A DNA stretch of 24,000 nucleotides from assembly GCF_900115845.1 (NCBI RefSeq), contig NZ_FOXX01000009.1, forward strand, positions 128,406-152,405, read 5' to 3'. The notes below the pieces were generated by a model that made no database searches, was not told where the DNA came from, and saw only the letters and a program-made list of their open reading frames with translations. The stretch's first letter is position 1. Each line of letters begins with the position of its first letter. This document shows, piece by piece, positions 8,868-16,772 of the stretch. The translations under genes were made by a program, and so were the position numbers. This DNA is from Priestia endophytica DSM 13796 (GTDB lineage: Bacteria; Bacillota; Bacilli; Bacillales; Bacillaceae_H).

Positions 8868-9178
8868 TTTGTTAATTAATTCCTTATCATGCTCTTAAGC
8901 TTATCTAAGGTATGGCCTCCTAATAAGAGTCGAAGAAGAAGGCGAAGAAGTTTCTCTTTTGGAAGAAGTAATTTACGGAGGGAAATGTATAGATGCCTAA
9001 GAAAAGGTATAGAAACCTATGCTTTGCAGACTAGTCCCCTCTAAAATAGACTGAACAAAAATCTTGTAATCTATCCTTACTATCTTAAACTTTTGACCCT
9101 CTTATCATCCTTTTTCTGTTAGAATATGAAGATATAGGTTTTACTATATATAAAATTCATCAAGAAAGCAGGTCATAT

Positions 9179-9787
9179 ATGAGCACAGCACAAAATCATT
9201 CAAAGATTGAAAAGGAAGAGCTAAATTTAAAAGACGCTGTTTTTGTTTTTGCCTCTTTTACTTTAATGGGCATAGCAGCGATCACATTGTTAATTATTTT
9301 TGATGTTTTGACGCTAGATCAATTTTTATCATTTCATAACCCCGCTACACTTATGACCATGACGGTTACAACAACGATAGGACTTATCTTATTTGGTATT
9401 CTTTTAACGATTTTGATTCCTTCTAATTATATTGATAATCAGAATAAGCAATACCAAACATCTTCTATATCAGCACTATTTTCTCTTTTTCTTTTTGGAT
9501 CATTGTTTGAAGAGCTTTTATTTAGAGGAATTGTTCAAAATTTACTTCTTCTTTATATAGAAGAAAGCTGGACAGGAATTTTCATTACTTCTCTTCTATT
9601 TTTAGCTCTTCATGTTCAATATTTTAAAAAGCCGCTCATGCTTTTTAATATTCTATTACCAAGTCTTGCATTTGGCTGGGTATATGTGAAAACAAGTAAT
9701 ATTTTAGCACCAATCATCGCCCATTTTTTCCTTAATTTTGTCATAACTATTCTCTTTAAATATCGAATTCTAAAATTAAAACCCTAA
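9179..9787 (+). CDS. CPBP family intramembrane glutamic endopeptidase (CAAX protease / Abi bacteriocin-immunity family)
   Basis: 202 aa polytopic protein. All three CPBP motifs are present: EELLFRG (EExxxR), FLALH (FxxxH) and IIAHFFLNF (HxxxN). The Shine-Dalgarno is weak. Confidence 0.88.
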   Translation: MSTAQNHSKIEKEELNLKDAVFVFASFTLMGIAAITLLIIFDVLTLDQFLSFHNPATLMTMTVTTTIGLILFGILLTILIPSNYIDNQNKQYQTSSISALFSLFLFGSLFEELLFRGIVQNLLLLYIEESWTGIFITSLLFLALHVQYFKKPLMLFNILLPSLAFGWVYVKTSNILAPIIAHFFLNFVITILFKYRILKLKP

Positions 9788-9829
9788 ACAACAAAGACTC
9801 AAAGCTAAAAGCTCTGAGTCTTTGTTGTT
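9787..9829. terminator. Long hairpin between the convergent CPBP and DapA-family genes (terminator-like)
   Basis: Perfect 14-bp stem aacaacaaagactc / gagtctttgttgtt, plus an inner AGC/GCT pairing. The 3' arms are U-rich on both strands, but there is no clean T-run. Confidence 0.65.
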
Positions 9830-9845
9830 ACTCTATTTAAAAAAC

Positions 9846-10769
9846 TTAAGATAACGCAATAGAATCACCGAGAAACGTTGTTAAGAATGATTTCAACTCT
9901 TTTTTCTTCTCTTCACTAAGCTTGCGGGTTGGAGCTAATACATCTGTTGACACTTCTATCCCTCTTAAACGAATGGCTTCTTTGGCAACATTCATAAAGG
10001 GCGAGTCTAGTTTATATAAAAGCGGTAGGGGAGCAAGTTGACGATGAAGCTCGATCGCTTTTTCGTAGTCCCCTTTTTGAAAGGCTCTATAAATTCCAAC
10101 AGATAGTTCTGGAGCAAAACTTGCTGAGAGCGGAATTGAACCATCTCCTCCTAAAGCTAGCGTATTAAATAGGTGATCATCATACCCTGAAAAAACGACA
10201 AAATGAGGTTTCTCTTTTTTCACTTTTAAAATGAGTTCTCTTGTATGACCTACAGCGTCAACTGTATCTTTAATTCCGACGATATTTGGATGTTCTTTAG
10301 CTAGCTTCAACACTAAATCAGGAGATAGATCTGTTCCTGTTAATGAGGGAAAGTTATATAGCATGATGGGGAGATCTACATTTTGCGCAATTTCAGTATA
10401 ATGCTGAAAAAGACCTTCTTCGGTTAAGGGCCAATAATAAGGATTAATGACAACGATACCGTCAGCTCCCTTTTCTTGCGCATGAACGCTCAAGGAAATT
10501 GTCTCCATTGTGCTTGACGTGCCTGTACCAATGAGAACGGGAACACGACCGTTTACATAAGGAATAACAAACTCCGCTACTTCTCTTCTTAGCCCTGCTG
10601 ACATTTGGCTAAATTCCCCTCCAGAACCTAAAAAGAAAAGTCCATCAACATTTGATTCAATTAAGAAATCAATTAGGTTTTTCATTCCTTTTTCATCGAT
10701 GCGTCCATCTTCATATAAAATAGTTGGAATTGGGGGGATAATCCCTTTAAATATTGGATGTGACTTCAC
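9846..10769 (-). CDS. Dihydrodipicolinate synthase/N-acetylneuraminate lyase family (class I aldolase) protein
   Basis: DapA-family motifs are present: LGSGGEF, NPYYW, and the Schiff-base lysine in VGIKDT. I start the gene at GTG 10769, which lies 5 nt after AAGGAGAGG. The ORF-track ATG at 10808 has no Shine-Dalgarno and adds 13 aa. Confidence 0.85.
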   Translation of the reverse strand: MKSHPIFKGIIPPIPTILYEDGRIDEKGMKNLIDFLIESNVDGLFFLGSGGEFSQMSAGLRREVAEFVIPYVNGRVPVLIGTGTSSTMETISLSVHAQEKGADGIVVINPYYWPLTEEGLFQHYTEIAQNVDLPIMLYNFPSLTGTDLSPDLVLKLAKEHPNIVGIKDTVDAVGHTRELILKVKKEKPHFVVFSGYDDHLFNTLALGGDGSIPLSASFAPELSVGIYRAFQKGDYEKAIELHRQLAPLPLLYKLDSPFMNVAKEAIRLRGIEVSTDVLAPTRKLSEEKKKELKSFLTTFLGDSIALS

Positions 10770-10896
10770 TGCAACCTCTCCTTTTCCTTTTATATAAAAC
10801 GCTTTCATTTTAGATTTTCTGGATGTTTTTTTATCGTATCATATCCCGTGCTTTTTTAGTCATTTATTTGCATTTCGTTTATATTTTGCGAATTGA

Positions 10897-10945
10897 AATA
10901 CCCACTACTTCACTCTCTTATGAGTTGTTTGAAGTAGTGGGTATT
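10897..10945. other. Perfect 16-bp inverted repeat (large hairpin) downstream of the HD-domain gene
   Basis: aatacccactacttca (10897-10912) and tgaagtagtgggtatt (10930-10945), with a 17-nt loop. Neither strand has a convincing U-tract, so it is not a textbook terminator. Confidence 0.5.
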
Positions 10946-11000
10946 CAAAAATATAATTTAACTCCTCTAAGGTGCATTTTCGTACTTTTCTTATTGCCTT

Positions 11001-11549
11001 TTATTTCTTAAAAAAACTCTCTGCTTTTTCTTTAAACTTATAAAAAAATAGAGGTACTTCCTCTTCCTCTAAACCAATAAAAAGGTTATGGACAACGTTC
11101 AAATAGTACCACTTTTGCTTTTCATATCCCCGTTTAAAATGTTTCCACACTTCCTCTCCTTGCTCTTTGTAGTCTTTTTGTAGAGAATGTAAATTTGATA
11201 ATTTATCAGCTGCAATAAGAGCTTTTACAAGTAATGACCCGCTTTTTGCAACAGCAATTGCATGAACTTTCCGCTCTTCCCAGCTTTTAGATTTATCTTC
11301 CGTATGAGCTCCAACAAGAGATGCGACTTCTTCTCCAAAAAGAGCCTTAATGTCTTCTAGGGTAACCTCTGTATCTTCAACCGTATCGTGAAGAAGACCT
11401 GAGATTACAACACTTTCTGGCAAGTTTGCTTCTTCTAATATTTCACTCACCTCGATAGGGTGAACAATATACGGAAGGGAACTTCCTTTTCTTTTTTGTT
11501 CTCCATGCATTTTAGTTGCAAATGCTAGCGCTTTTTCTTTTGCATTCAT
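11001..11549 (-). CDS. HD-domain (p)ppGpp hydrolase-like protein (RelA/SpoT hydrolase domain only; small alarmone hydrolase type)
   Basis: 182 aa starting MNAKEKALAFATKMHGEQKRK. The motifs HPIEV and LLHDTVEDT are the RelA/SpoT/Mesh1 HD hydrolase signature. The ATG at 11549 follows AGAGGTGAT. The 75 upstream codons in the ORF-track version run through a terminator and overlap the next gene. Confidence 0.85.
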   Translation of the reverse strand: MNAKEKALAFATKMHGEQKRKGSSLPYIVHPIEVSEILEEANLPESVVISGLLHDTVEDTEVTLEDIKALFGEEVASLVGAHTEDKSKSWEERKVHAIAVAKSGSLLVKALIAADKLSNLHSLQKDYKEQGEEVWKHFKRGYEKQKWYYLNVVHNLFIGLEEEEVPLFFYKFKEKAESFFKK

Positions 11550-11622
11550 CCCATCACCTCTTGACGTCCTGTTGTTTTTATCATATGTGATATTGATGGA
11601 AAAACCAAACGTTAATACAATA

Positions 11623-11655
11623 AAGAAGCGGTTGCTAATGTAGCAACCGCTTCTT
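11623..11655 (-). terminator. Intrinsic terminator after the small charged-protein gene
   Basis: Perfect 15-bp stem aagaagcggttgcta / tagcaaccgcttctt with a 3-nt loop. It begins right after the stop codon and is followed by a T-rich tract on the minus strand. Confidence 0.75.
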
Positions 11656-11874
11656 TTATTTATGCTTTTTTTCTGTCGAAGAAGAATCCTTTGTACGATG
11701 CTTTCTTTTTTCGTCTTTCTGATCCAGTTCAACCTCTTCCAGTGGAATATGATCGACGTTTTGTTGACTTTCAAATTTGTCTAACTCTGTTCGGTCTTTT
11801 ACTTCGGATTCTTTTGAAGGTTCATTCTTTATACGTTCTTCTTCTTTATAATCATTATGTCTCGTTTTCGCCAT
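11656..11874 (-). CDS. Small, highly charged Lys/Glu/Asp-rich protein (72 aa), function unknown
   Basis: A strong AAGGGAGGAAG Shine-Dalgarno lies 5 nt before the ATG, a TATAAT sits upstream, and the gene has its own terminator. No hydrophobic segment is present and the composition predicts disorder. Confidence 0.65.
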   Translation of the reverse strand: MAKTRHNDYKEEERIKNEPSKESEVKDRTELDKFESQQNVDHIPLEEVELDQKDEKRKHRTKDSSSTEKKHK

Positions 11875-11989
11875 TTTTTCTTCCTCCCTTTTTGAAGTAT
11901 TCTATTATATTTTCTTTCGCATTTTCGTAGATAGTTATACTTCTTCTTTAACCTTAGTGAGAGAAATTCAAACGCAGTTAGAAAAACGG

Positions 11990-13444
11990 TTATGTAAGCG
12001 GAAGCTCTATTTTAATATATGCTCCCCCTTCTTTTTGATTATAAGCCTCAATTTCTCCACCGTGATTTTGGACAATAGAGTGCGCAATATAGAGGCCAAG
12101 CCCTGCGTTTCCTTCTGTACTTCCTCTTGATTGATCTTCTCGGTAAAACTTCTCAAACAGCTTTTTGTTATGATTTTGCGCAAACCCAGGTCCGCTATCT
12201 TTCACTTCAAATAAAACGGTCTCATTCTGGGTTGTAATATTCCACGTAATCTTTCCACCCCGAGGAGTGTAGCGAATACAGTTTGTGATCACATTATCAA
12301 AAGCTTGGGCAATAAGATGTGGATCAATATGGAAGAATTCCTGTTCACCATGGACCATATAAGAGAAATAAACGTCTTTTTTTTGGCTTAAAAGCTCAAA
12401 TTCGCTCCCTTTTGATTCAACAAATTCTCTAATATTAATCGGTTCTTTTTTTACAGAAAACGTAACATTCTCTAAGACGGAAACATCACGAAGTTGATCA
12501 AGTAAGCGAATGGAACGAACCGTATTTCTAAAAATGGTTTGTAAATAATCATCAAGTCGCTTCAGATTGTTTTTACTTCCTTCAAGAAGTCCTTCTGTAT
12601 GACCATGAATGATTGTAAGCGGGGTTCTTAAATCATGAGCAATCGCTGCTGTCATTTCTTTTCGGTCTTCTTCAAGCTTCCATTGACGTGTTAGTGACTC
12701 TTTAAGAGCAACTCTCATGTCTTCAAATGCATGAACAAGCTGATCTAATTCTCTCGATTCTTGAACTTTCGGTAGCGAAAACTCCAAGTCGTTACGCTGA
12801 ATTTTATGAGATGCATCAATAAGCTCGTTGAACGGTTTCTCAATTTTCCGGCTAAAGCGACGTCCAAACAGATAAGAGAAAAGATAGAAATAAAGAAACG
12901 GACTACTAAACAATAAAAACGTCGCTCCCACAATAAACAAACGGTCCTTTGGATTAGAAGAAGCAAGCGTTAATTTGTAGCGCAACAAAACAGCGCCATT
13001 TACTTCTTTTTCTCTATTAAACAGTGGATAGAGTTTAACAAAATATGTACCATCATGGATATCACTGTTCAGCTTAGAATAAAGGTCTCGTTTACTTCTG
13101 ATATACGTTTTTTCAATCGAACCGTATACAACATCCCCTTCTTTATTCAGAATTTGATAGCCAATTCCTTCTGTTGGAATCTCTTTTTCAAGTCTGCTTT
13201 GAAAACTTCGGGATGTAACATCGCTTTCATGTTTTTGAACAAATGCGAGCACATCAGGGATTTTTTTCTCATAGTAGTTAGCAGGATTCAGCCCGTTCGG
13301 AATAAGGAATATAATGGCGCATAGCACAATAGCTCCTGCAGTAATAATGGTCGCAAGTATACTAAATAAGAGGACAAGATGAAAAGACGTAACAAGCTGG
13401 GTTCTTAGACTTGCGCTCTTTTTCCATTTCTTCAACTTACCCAT
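11990..13444 (-). CDS. Sensor histidine kinase (EnvZ/LanK-like; two TM helices flanking an extracytoplasmic loop)
   Basis: H-box AAIAHDLRTPLT, N-box NVITNCIRYTP, G1 VKDSGPGF and G2 GLGLYIA. The two TM segments lie more than 100 residues apart. I start the gene at ATG 13444, which overlaps the response-regulator stop by 13 nt. Confidence 0.9.
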   Translation of the reverse strand: MGKLKKWKKSASLRTQLVTSFHLVLLFSILATIITAGAIVLCAIIFLIPNGLNPANYYEKKIPDVLAFVQKHESDVTSRSFQSRLEKEIPTEGIGYQILNKEGDVVYGSIEKTYIRSKRDLYSKLNSDIHDGTYFVKLYPLFNREKEVNGAVLLRYKLTLASSNPKDRLFIVGATFLLFSSPFLYFYLFSYLFGRRFSRKIEKPFNELIDASHKIQRNDLEFSLPKVQESRELDQLVHAFEDMRVALKESLTRQWKLEEDRKEMTAAIAHDLRTPLTIIHGHTEGLLEGSKNNLKRLDDYLQTIFRNTVRSIRLLDQLRDVSVLENVTFSVKKEPINIREFVESKGSEFELLSQKKDVYFSYMVHGEQEFFHIDPHLIAQAFDNVITNCIRYTPRGGKITWNITTQNETVLFEVKDSGPGFAQNHNKKLFEKFYREDQSRGSTEGNAGLGLYIAHSIVQNHGGEIEAYNQKEGGAYIKIELPLT

Positions 13445-14112
13445 TTGTATCCAATGCCCCACACTGTTGAAATGTAGTCTCTGCATCCTTTGTATTTAGA
13501 AAGTTTAGCGCGAATTTTTTTAATATGTTCTGTCACTGTTGAAGAGTCTCCTTCCGCATCATATCCCCAAATTTTTTCATACAGCTGCTCTCGTGTGAAC
13601 ACTTGTCCTGGATGAAGCGCTAGAAAGTGCAGAAGCTCAAACTCTCTTGATGTAAATGGAAGTTTTTCATTGTTATATAAAATTTGATAGCCGTCTAAGT
13701 CAATTGTTAAATAGCCAAAATGAAGTCGATTATATGCTGTGCTTTCCGTCCGCTTCTCTCGCCTCAAATGAGCATAAATTCTCATTTTTAGCTCCTTCAT
13801 GCTAAATGGCTTTATTAAATAGTCATCTCCTCCAACTAAAAGACCTTTGATCCGATCTTGCTCGGTTTGTTTTGCACTTAAAAACAAAATCGGACAAGAG
13901 ACATTTTTACGGATAAGTTCACAAAGCTCAAATCCGTCCATTTCAGGCATCATCACATCTAAAAGAATAAGATCTGGTCGTTCTTTTAGTTTAGTGAGCG
14001 CCTCTTTTCCATCATAGGCACATAGCACATCATATCCTTCATCTTCTAAAGCATCTCTCATAAACGAGATAATTTCTTTCTCATCATCCACAAGCAGAAT
14101 TTTTTCTTGCAT
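13432..14112 (-). CDS. OmpR/PhoB-family response regulator
   Basis: 226 aa. The receiver domain has DD at the N-terminus and the phospho-acceptor in LILLDVMMPEMDG. The C-terminal winged helix is Trans_reg_C type (VWGIGYKW). Confidence 0.93.
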   Translation of the reverse strand: MQEKILLVDDEKEIISFMRDALEDEGYDVLCAYDGKEALTKLKERPDLILLDVMMPEMDGFELCELIRKNVSCPILFLSAKQTEQDRIKGLLVGGDDYLIKPFSMKELKMRIYAHLRREKRTESTAYNRLHFGYLTIDLDGYQILYNNEKLPFTSREFELLHFLALHPGQVFTREQLYEKIWGYDAEGDSSTVTEHIKKIRAKLSKYKGCRDYISTVWGIGYKWVS

Positions 14113-14119
14113 TTTATCT

Positions 14120-14890
14120 TCATCCTATCCATTCTTTTTTCTTCCATACGGTTATATTTATTATAATGCTAAGTCCCAATATTGGAAATAGAAGGAATAA
14201 GAAATTTTCAGAGCTTTTACCGCTTAGTTGATAAAAAATCGAATCGGTCATTGAAAAGAAGAAAAGAAGCTGATCTGACGCATAGACACTCCCAATTAAT
14301 ATAGCGATTAATCCAACATATGAAAGAATGGCATTTGGCATAAGAACGCTCACTAAGCTAGCAAGTGTAATAATTGTGAGAAAAATAGCAAACGCAATGC
14401 CGTAAAATTTAAGCGTATAGAGAAATGCTCCCATCGCATCTACATCATGCCCACCTAAAAATACCGTATATTCTACATTCGGCATCACAATTTTCCCAAA
14501 CAAAAACCCGGTTACACCTGTAATAACTAACACACCGAAAAACAGAAAACATTGAATAAACCACTTCGCTAAAAACAGCTGTAAACGTGACTGAGGACGA
14601 ATTAATACAAGGCGCAGTGCCCCTGACGCATATTCTCCGTTAAAACTATCTACAACAAGCATTGGAATGAGAATAAATGTAAGAAAGAAGGCTAAATCTC
14701 GTAAATAAAGGGTAGAAGAATTTAGCGAATCCATCTTTACATCATGTTCCGGATCAAAGAAAGTGGTTCCTCCCATTGCAAATAAAAACAAACATTCAAA
14801 TCCAAGCAATAACAGATAAACAATAAGCATAATAATAGTCTTTTTTCGTTTGAAAGTTCTTTCTAGTTCACTCCAAATTAATTGTTTCAT
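14120..14890 (-). CDS. ABC-2 type transporter permease (LanG position)
   Basis: 256 aa with 6 predicted TM helices. The N-terminus MKQLIWSELERTFKRKK is paralogous to the upstream permease. AAGGAGAG Shine-Dalgarno. Fifteen nt separate it from the preceding gene. Confidence 0.85.
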   Translation of the reverse strand: MKQLIWSELERTFKRKKTIIMLIVYLLLLGFECLFLFAMGGTTFFDPEHDVKMDSLNSSTLYLRDLAFFLTFILIPMLVVDSFNGEYASGALRLVLIRPQSRLQLFLAKWFIQCFLFFGVLVITGVTGFLFGKIVMPNVEYTVFLGGHDVDAMGAFLYTLKFYGIAFAIFLTIITLASLVSVLMPNAILSYVGLIAILIGSVYASDQLLFFFSMTDSIFYQLSGKSSENFLFLLFPILGLSIIINITVWKKKEWIG

Positions 14891-14905
14891 TTCTGCTCTC
14901 TCCTT

Positions 14906-15733
14906 TTATAAAAATGTTTCTTTTTTTCGAAGTGTTAAAAATGTAAGCATGCTAAAAAACAAAATATAAAACCCCATCACTCCTAGATTCCATAAAACAA
15001 ACTGTGGTTTTTCAGCAATCATCGTTGTAATACCTTCATGTTGAATCATTGGAATTGAAGTAAAAAAGAATTTTGCAAACGTTACTTGATCAATAAATCC
15101 ACTAAATACTTTTAACATATAAGGATAAGAGAATGAAAAAAGTAAGAAACCCACTCCTCCTCCAATGGCTGCTGTCGTTGTTTTACTCACAACGGCAATA
15201 AATACGAGTACAGCCCCAATTGCAACGGTCGTTATATATGACAATCCATAGAACTCAAGATTATAAATTAAGCCTTCTTTAAAGCTAAACAACTCGTTAT
15301 GATAGAAAACAGCATAGTTTGCCTGATTATCAAAGAAAAAGAATCCTATTAAATAACTACTCAAAAAATAGATGATAAAAAAGAGAAACAAGAAGCCCAG
15401 TATAACAAGCACTTTAGCTGTGACAAGCTCACCAAGCGAACGAGCTCGAATCATCACCATGCGCAACTGTCCTGTTCGGTATTCTTCTGTAATCATCAAC
15501 GTAATAAAAACAAGTAAAAGCGCATTAAAGACGGTAAATAACATCTCAGATAACCCAAGTACAGCAAAGTTCCCTGTGAACGTATATTCCGGTAAGTCTG
15601 GACTTAGCTGCCCGTTTTGCTTTTGCAAATACGAAGCAGCAACAAGTAGTCCAGCAGGCGCCATCGCCAACACAATCCACGTTAATTTCCGTTTAAAAAG
15701 TCGCTCCCATTCCGCTAAAATTAAGGCCTTCAT
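14906..15733 (-). CDS. ABC-2 type transporter permease (LanE position)
   Basis: 275 aa with 6 predicted TM helices. The N-terminus is MKALILAEWERLFKRK. It overlaps the ATPase stop in an ATGA. Confidence 0.85.
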   Translation of the reverse strand: MKALILAEWERLFKRKLTWIVLAMAPAGLLVAASYLQKQNGQLSPDLPEYTFTGNFAVLGLSEMLFTVFNALLLVFITLMITEEYRTGQLRMVMIRARSLGELVTAKVLVILGFLFLFFIIYFLSSYLIGFFFFDNQANYAVFYHNELFSFKEGLIYNLEFYGLSYITTVAIGAVLVFIAVVSKTTTAAIGGGVGFLLFSFSYPYMLKVFSGFIDQVTFAKFFFTSIPMIQHEGITTMIAEKPQFVLWNLGVMGFYILFFSMLTFLTLRKKETFL

Positions 15734-16455
15734 CGTGACACCAACTCCACAAACGCATCTTCTAAATTTTGATTTTCAGATGCAAATTCATTTAAATCTC
15801 CGTTCCACATCAGTTCTCCTTCTCTAATCACAACAATCTGGTCGCAAACGCGCTGTAATTCATCAAGCAAGTGACTCGAAATTAAAATTGTTTTTCCATA
15901 CTCCTCTTTTAGCTTGAATAAAAGCTCGCGTAGTTCTCTTACTCCAATGGGATCAAGTCCATTTGCTGGTTCGTCTAATATCAGAAGTTCAGGATTTCCT
16001 AAAAGAGCTTGCGCAATCCCTAGTCGCTGCTTCATTCCAAGCGAGTAAGTGCGAACTTTATCATCTTCCCGCCCTGTTAATCCAACAATTTCGAGCACTT
16101 CACATACTCTTTTTTCACGTTCACTTTTAGAACTAATGTGAAGACGCGCTAGATTATGAAGATTTTCTCCTCCTGTCATATACGGAAAGAAAATGGGCGA
16201 CTCAACAATTGCTCCTACTTCCTTTAACGCTTCTTTACGATCTGTCATAATGTTTTTTCCATTTAATAAAATTCGACCCCCTGTTGGTTTAATTAAGCCT
16301 GTTAGCATACGGATGAGCGTTGTCTTCCCAGATCCATTTGGCCCTAATAACCCGCAGATGCCTCCACCTTTAACACTGAACGACACTCCCTTTAATAACG
16401 AGCGTTTTTTCATTTTTTTAGATACGTTTTGGACATTTAAAATTGTATTTTTCAT
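15730..16455 (-). CDS. ABC transporter ATP-binding protein (LanF/BcrA-like)
   Basis: Walker A GPNGSGKTT, signature SLGMKQR, Walker B LLILDEP and H-loop SSHLL. A Glu replaces the Q-loop Gln (VGAIVESP). I start the gene at ATG 16455, 9 nt after GGAGG. The ORF-track ATG at 16500 lacks a Shine-Dalgarno. Confidence 0.93.
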   Translation of the reverse strand: MKNTILNVQNVSKKMKKRSLLKGVSFSVKGGGICGLLGPNGSGKTTLIRMLTGLIKPTGGRILLNGKNIMTDRKEALKEVGAIVESPIFFPYMTGGENLHNLARLHISSKSEREKRVCEVLEIVGLTGREDDKVRTYSLGMKQRLGIAQALLGNPELLILDEPANGLDPIGVRELRELLFKLKEEYGKTILISSHLLDELQRVCDQIVVIREGELMWNGDLNEFASENQNLEDAFVELVSR

Positions 16456-16462
16456 AAGAAAA

Positions 16463-16489
16463 TCCCTCCTAACGTCAGTATAGGAGGGA
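16463..16489 (-). promoter_or_regulatory. Perfect hairpin sequestering the Shine-Dalgarno of the ABC ATPase gene
   Basis: tccctccta (16463-16471) and taggaggga (16481-16489) with a 9-nt loop. In the mRNA this reads UCCCUCCUA-N9-UAGGAGGGA-UUUUCUU-AUG. The 3' arm is the ATPase gene's Shine-Dalgarno, and the hairpin plus its U-rich tail is also terminator-like. Confidence 0.6.
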
Positions 16490-16517
16490 ATTATAAACAT
16501 TTTATAAAGTTTTAGAA

Positions 16518-16772
16518 CTAAAGAAAAAATTTTCCTGCTGCAACAAGAGCAGCAACTTGGGCGGCCACTTTTAGAAAATCCACAAAAAAGCTGTGCCAGC
16601 CAACTCCTTTTTTCACAGAGCTTTCAATTGTATCAAGCTGCTTTTGAATGATCTCAAGCTTGTATAAAATGGTCTCTTTCTGAATCGTAAGCGCCGTAAT
16701 CTCTTTATCTTTTTCACTCATTCGATTTTCGAGTTTTGCAACACTTTCTGTTAATGACTCAATCTTATTCAT
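16518..16772 (-). CDS. Small coiled-coil protein with a C-terminal hydrophobic/amphipathic helix (84 aa; XhlA-like architecture), function unknown
   Basis: Heptad-like N-terminal two-thirds (LTESVAKLENRMSEKDKEITALTIQKETILYKLEIIQKQLDTIE). The C-terminus is FFVDFLKVAAQVAALVAAGKFFL. The start overlaps the upstream gene's stop by 8 nt, with AAAGAGG as its Shine-Dalgarno. Confidence 0.7.
   Translation of the reverse strand: MNKIESLTESVAKLENRMSEKDKEITALTIQKETILYKLEIIQKQLDTIESSVKKGVGWHSFFVDFLKVAAQVAALVAAGKFFL

Noticed and set aside
8889-9044. 51-codon Arg-rich ORF (MLLSLSKVWPPNKSRRRRRRSFSF...) in the leader upstream of the CPBP gene
   Set aside because: It has no Shine-Dalgarno, and the poly-Arg run simply reflects the GAAGAAG repeats. 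It is mentioned only within the leader finding.
10823-11011. 62-aa plus-strand ORF between the DapA-family and HD genes
   Set aside because: It runs across promoter DNA and the 16-bp hairpin, has no Shine-Dalgarno, and has low-complexity hydrophobic composition.
11550-11774. 75-codon N-terminal extension of the HD-domain ORF (257-aa version in the ORF track)
   Set aside because: The extension reads through a strong terminator hairpin (11623-11655) and overlaps the 3' end of the small charged-protein gene. The internal ATG at 11549 has a Shine-Dalgarno and gives a standard HD-domain N-terminus.
11691-11930. 79-aa plus-strand ORF opposite the small charged-protein gene
   Set aside because: It is antisense to an ORF that has a far better Shine-Dalgarno, promoter and terminator. 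Its own sequence is Phe/Leu-rich junk from a purine-rich complement.
13445-13486. 14-codon upstream extension of the histidine kinase ORF
   Set aside because: It lies within the response-regulator coding sequence. The ATG at 13444 gives the typical short overlap of coupled RR/HK genes.
16456-16500. 15-codon extension of the ABC ATPase (MFIIPSYTDVRRDFL)
   Set aside because: The ATG at 16500 has no Shine-Dalgarno, and the extension is simply the translated hairpin. The ATG at 16455 sits 9 nt after GGAGG and gives a normal distance to Walker A.
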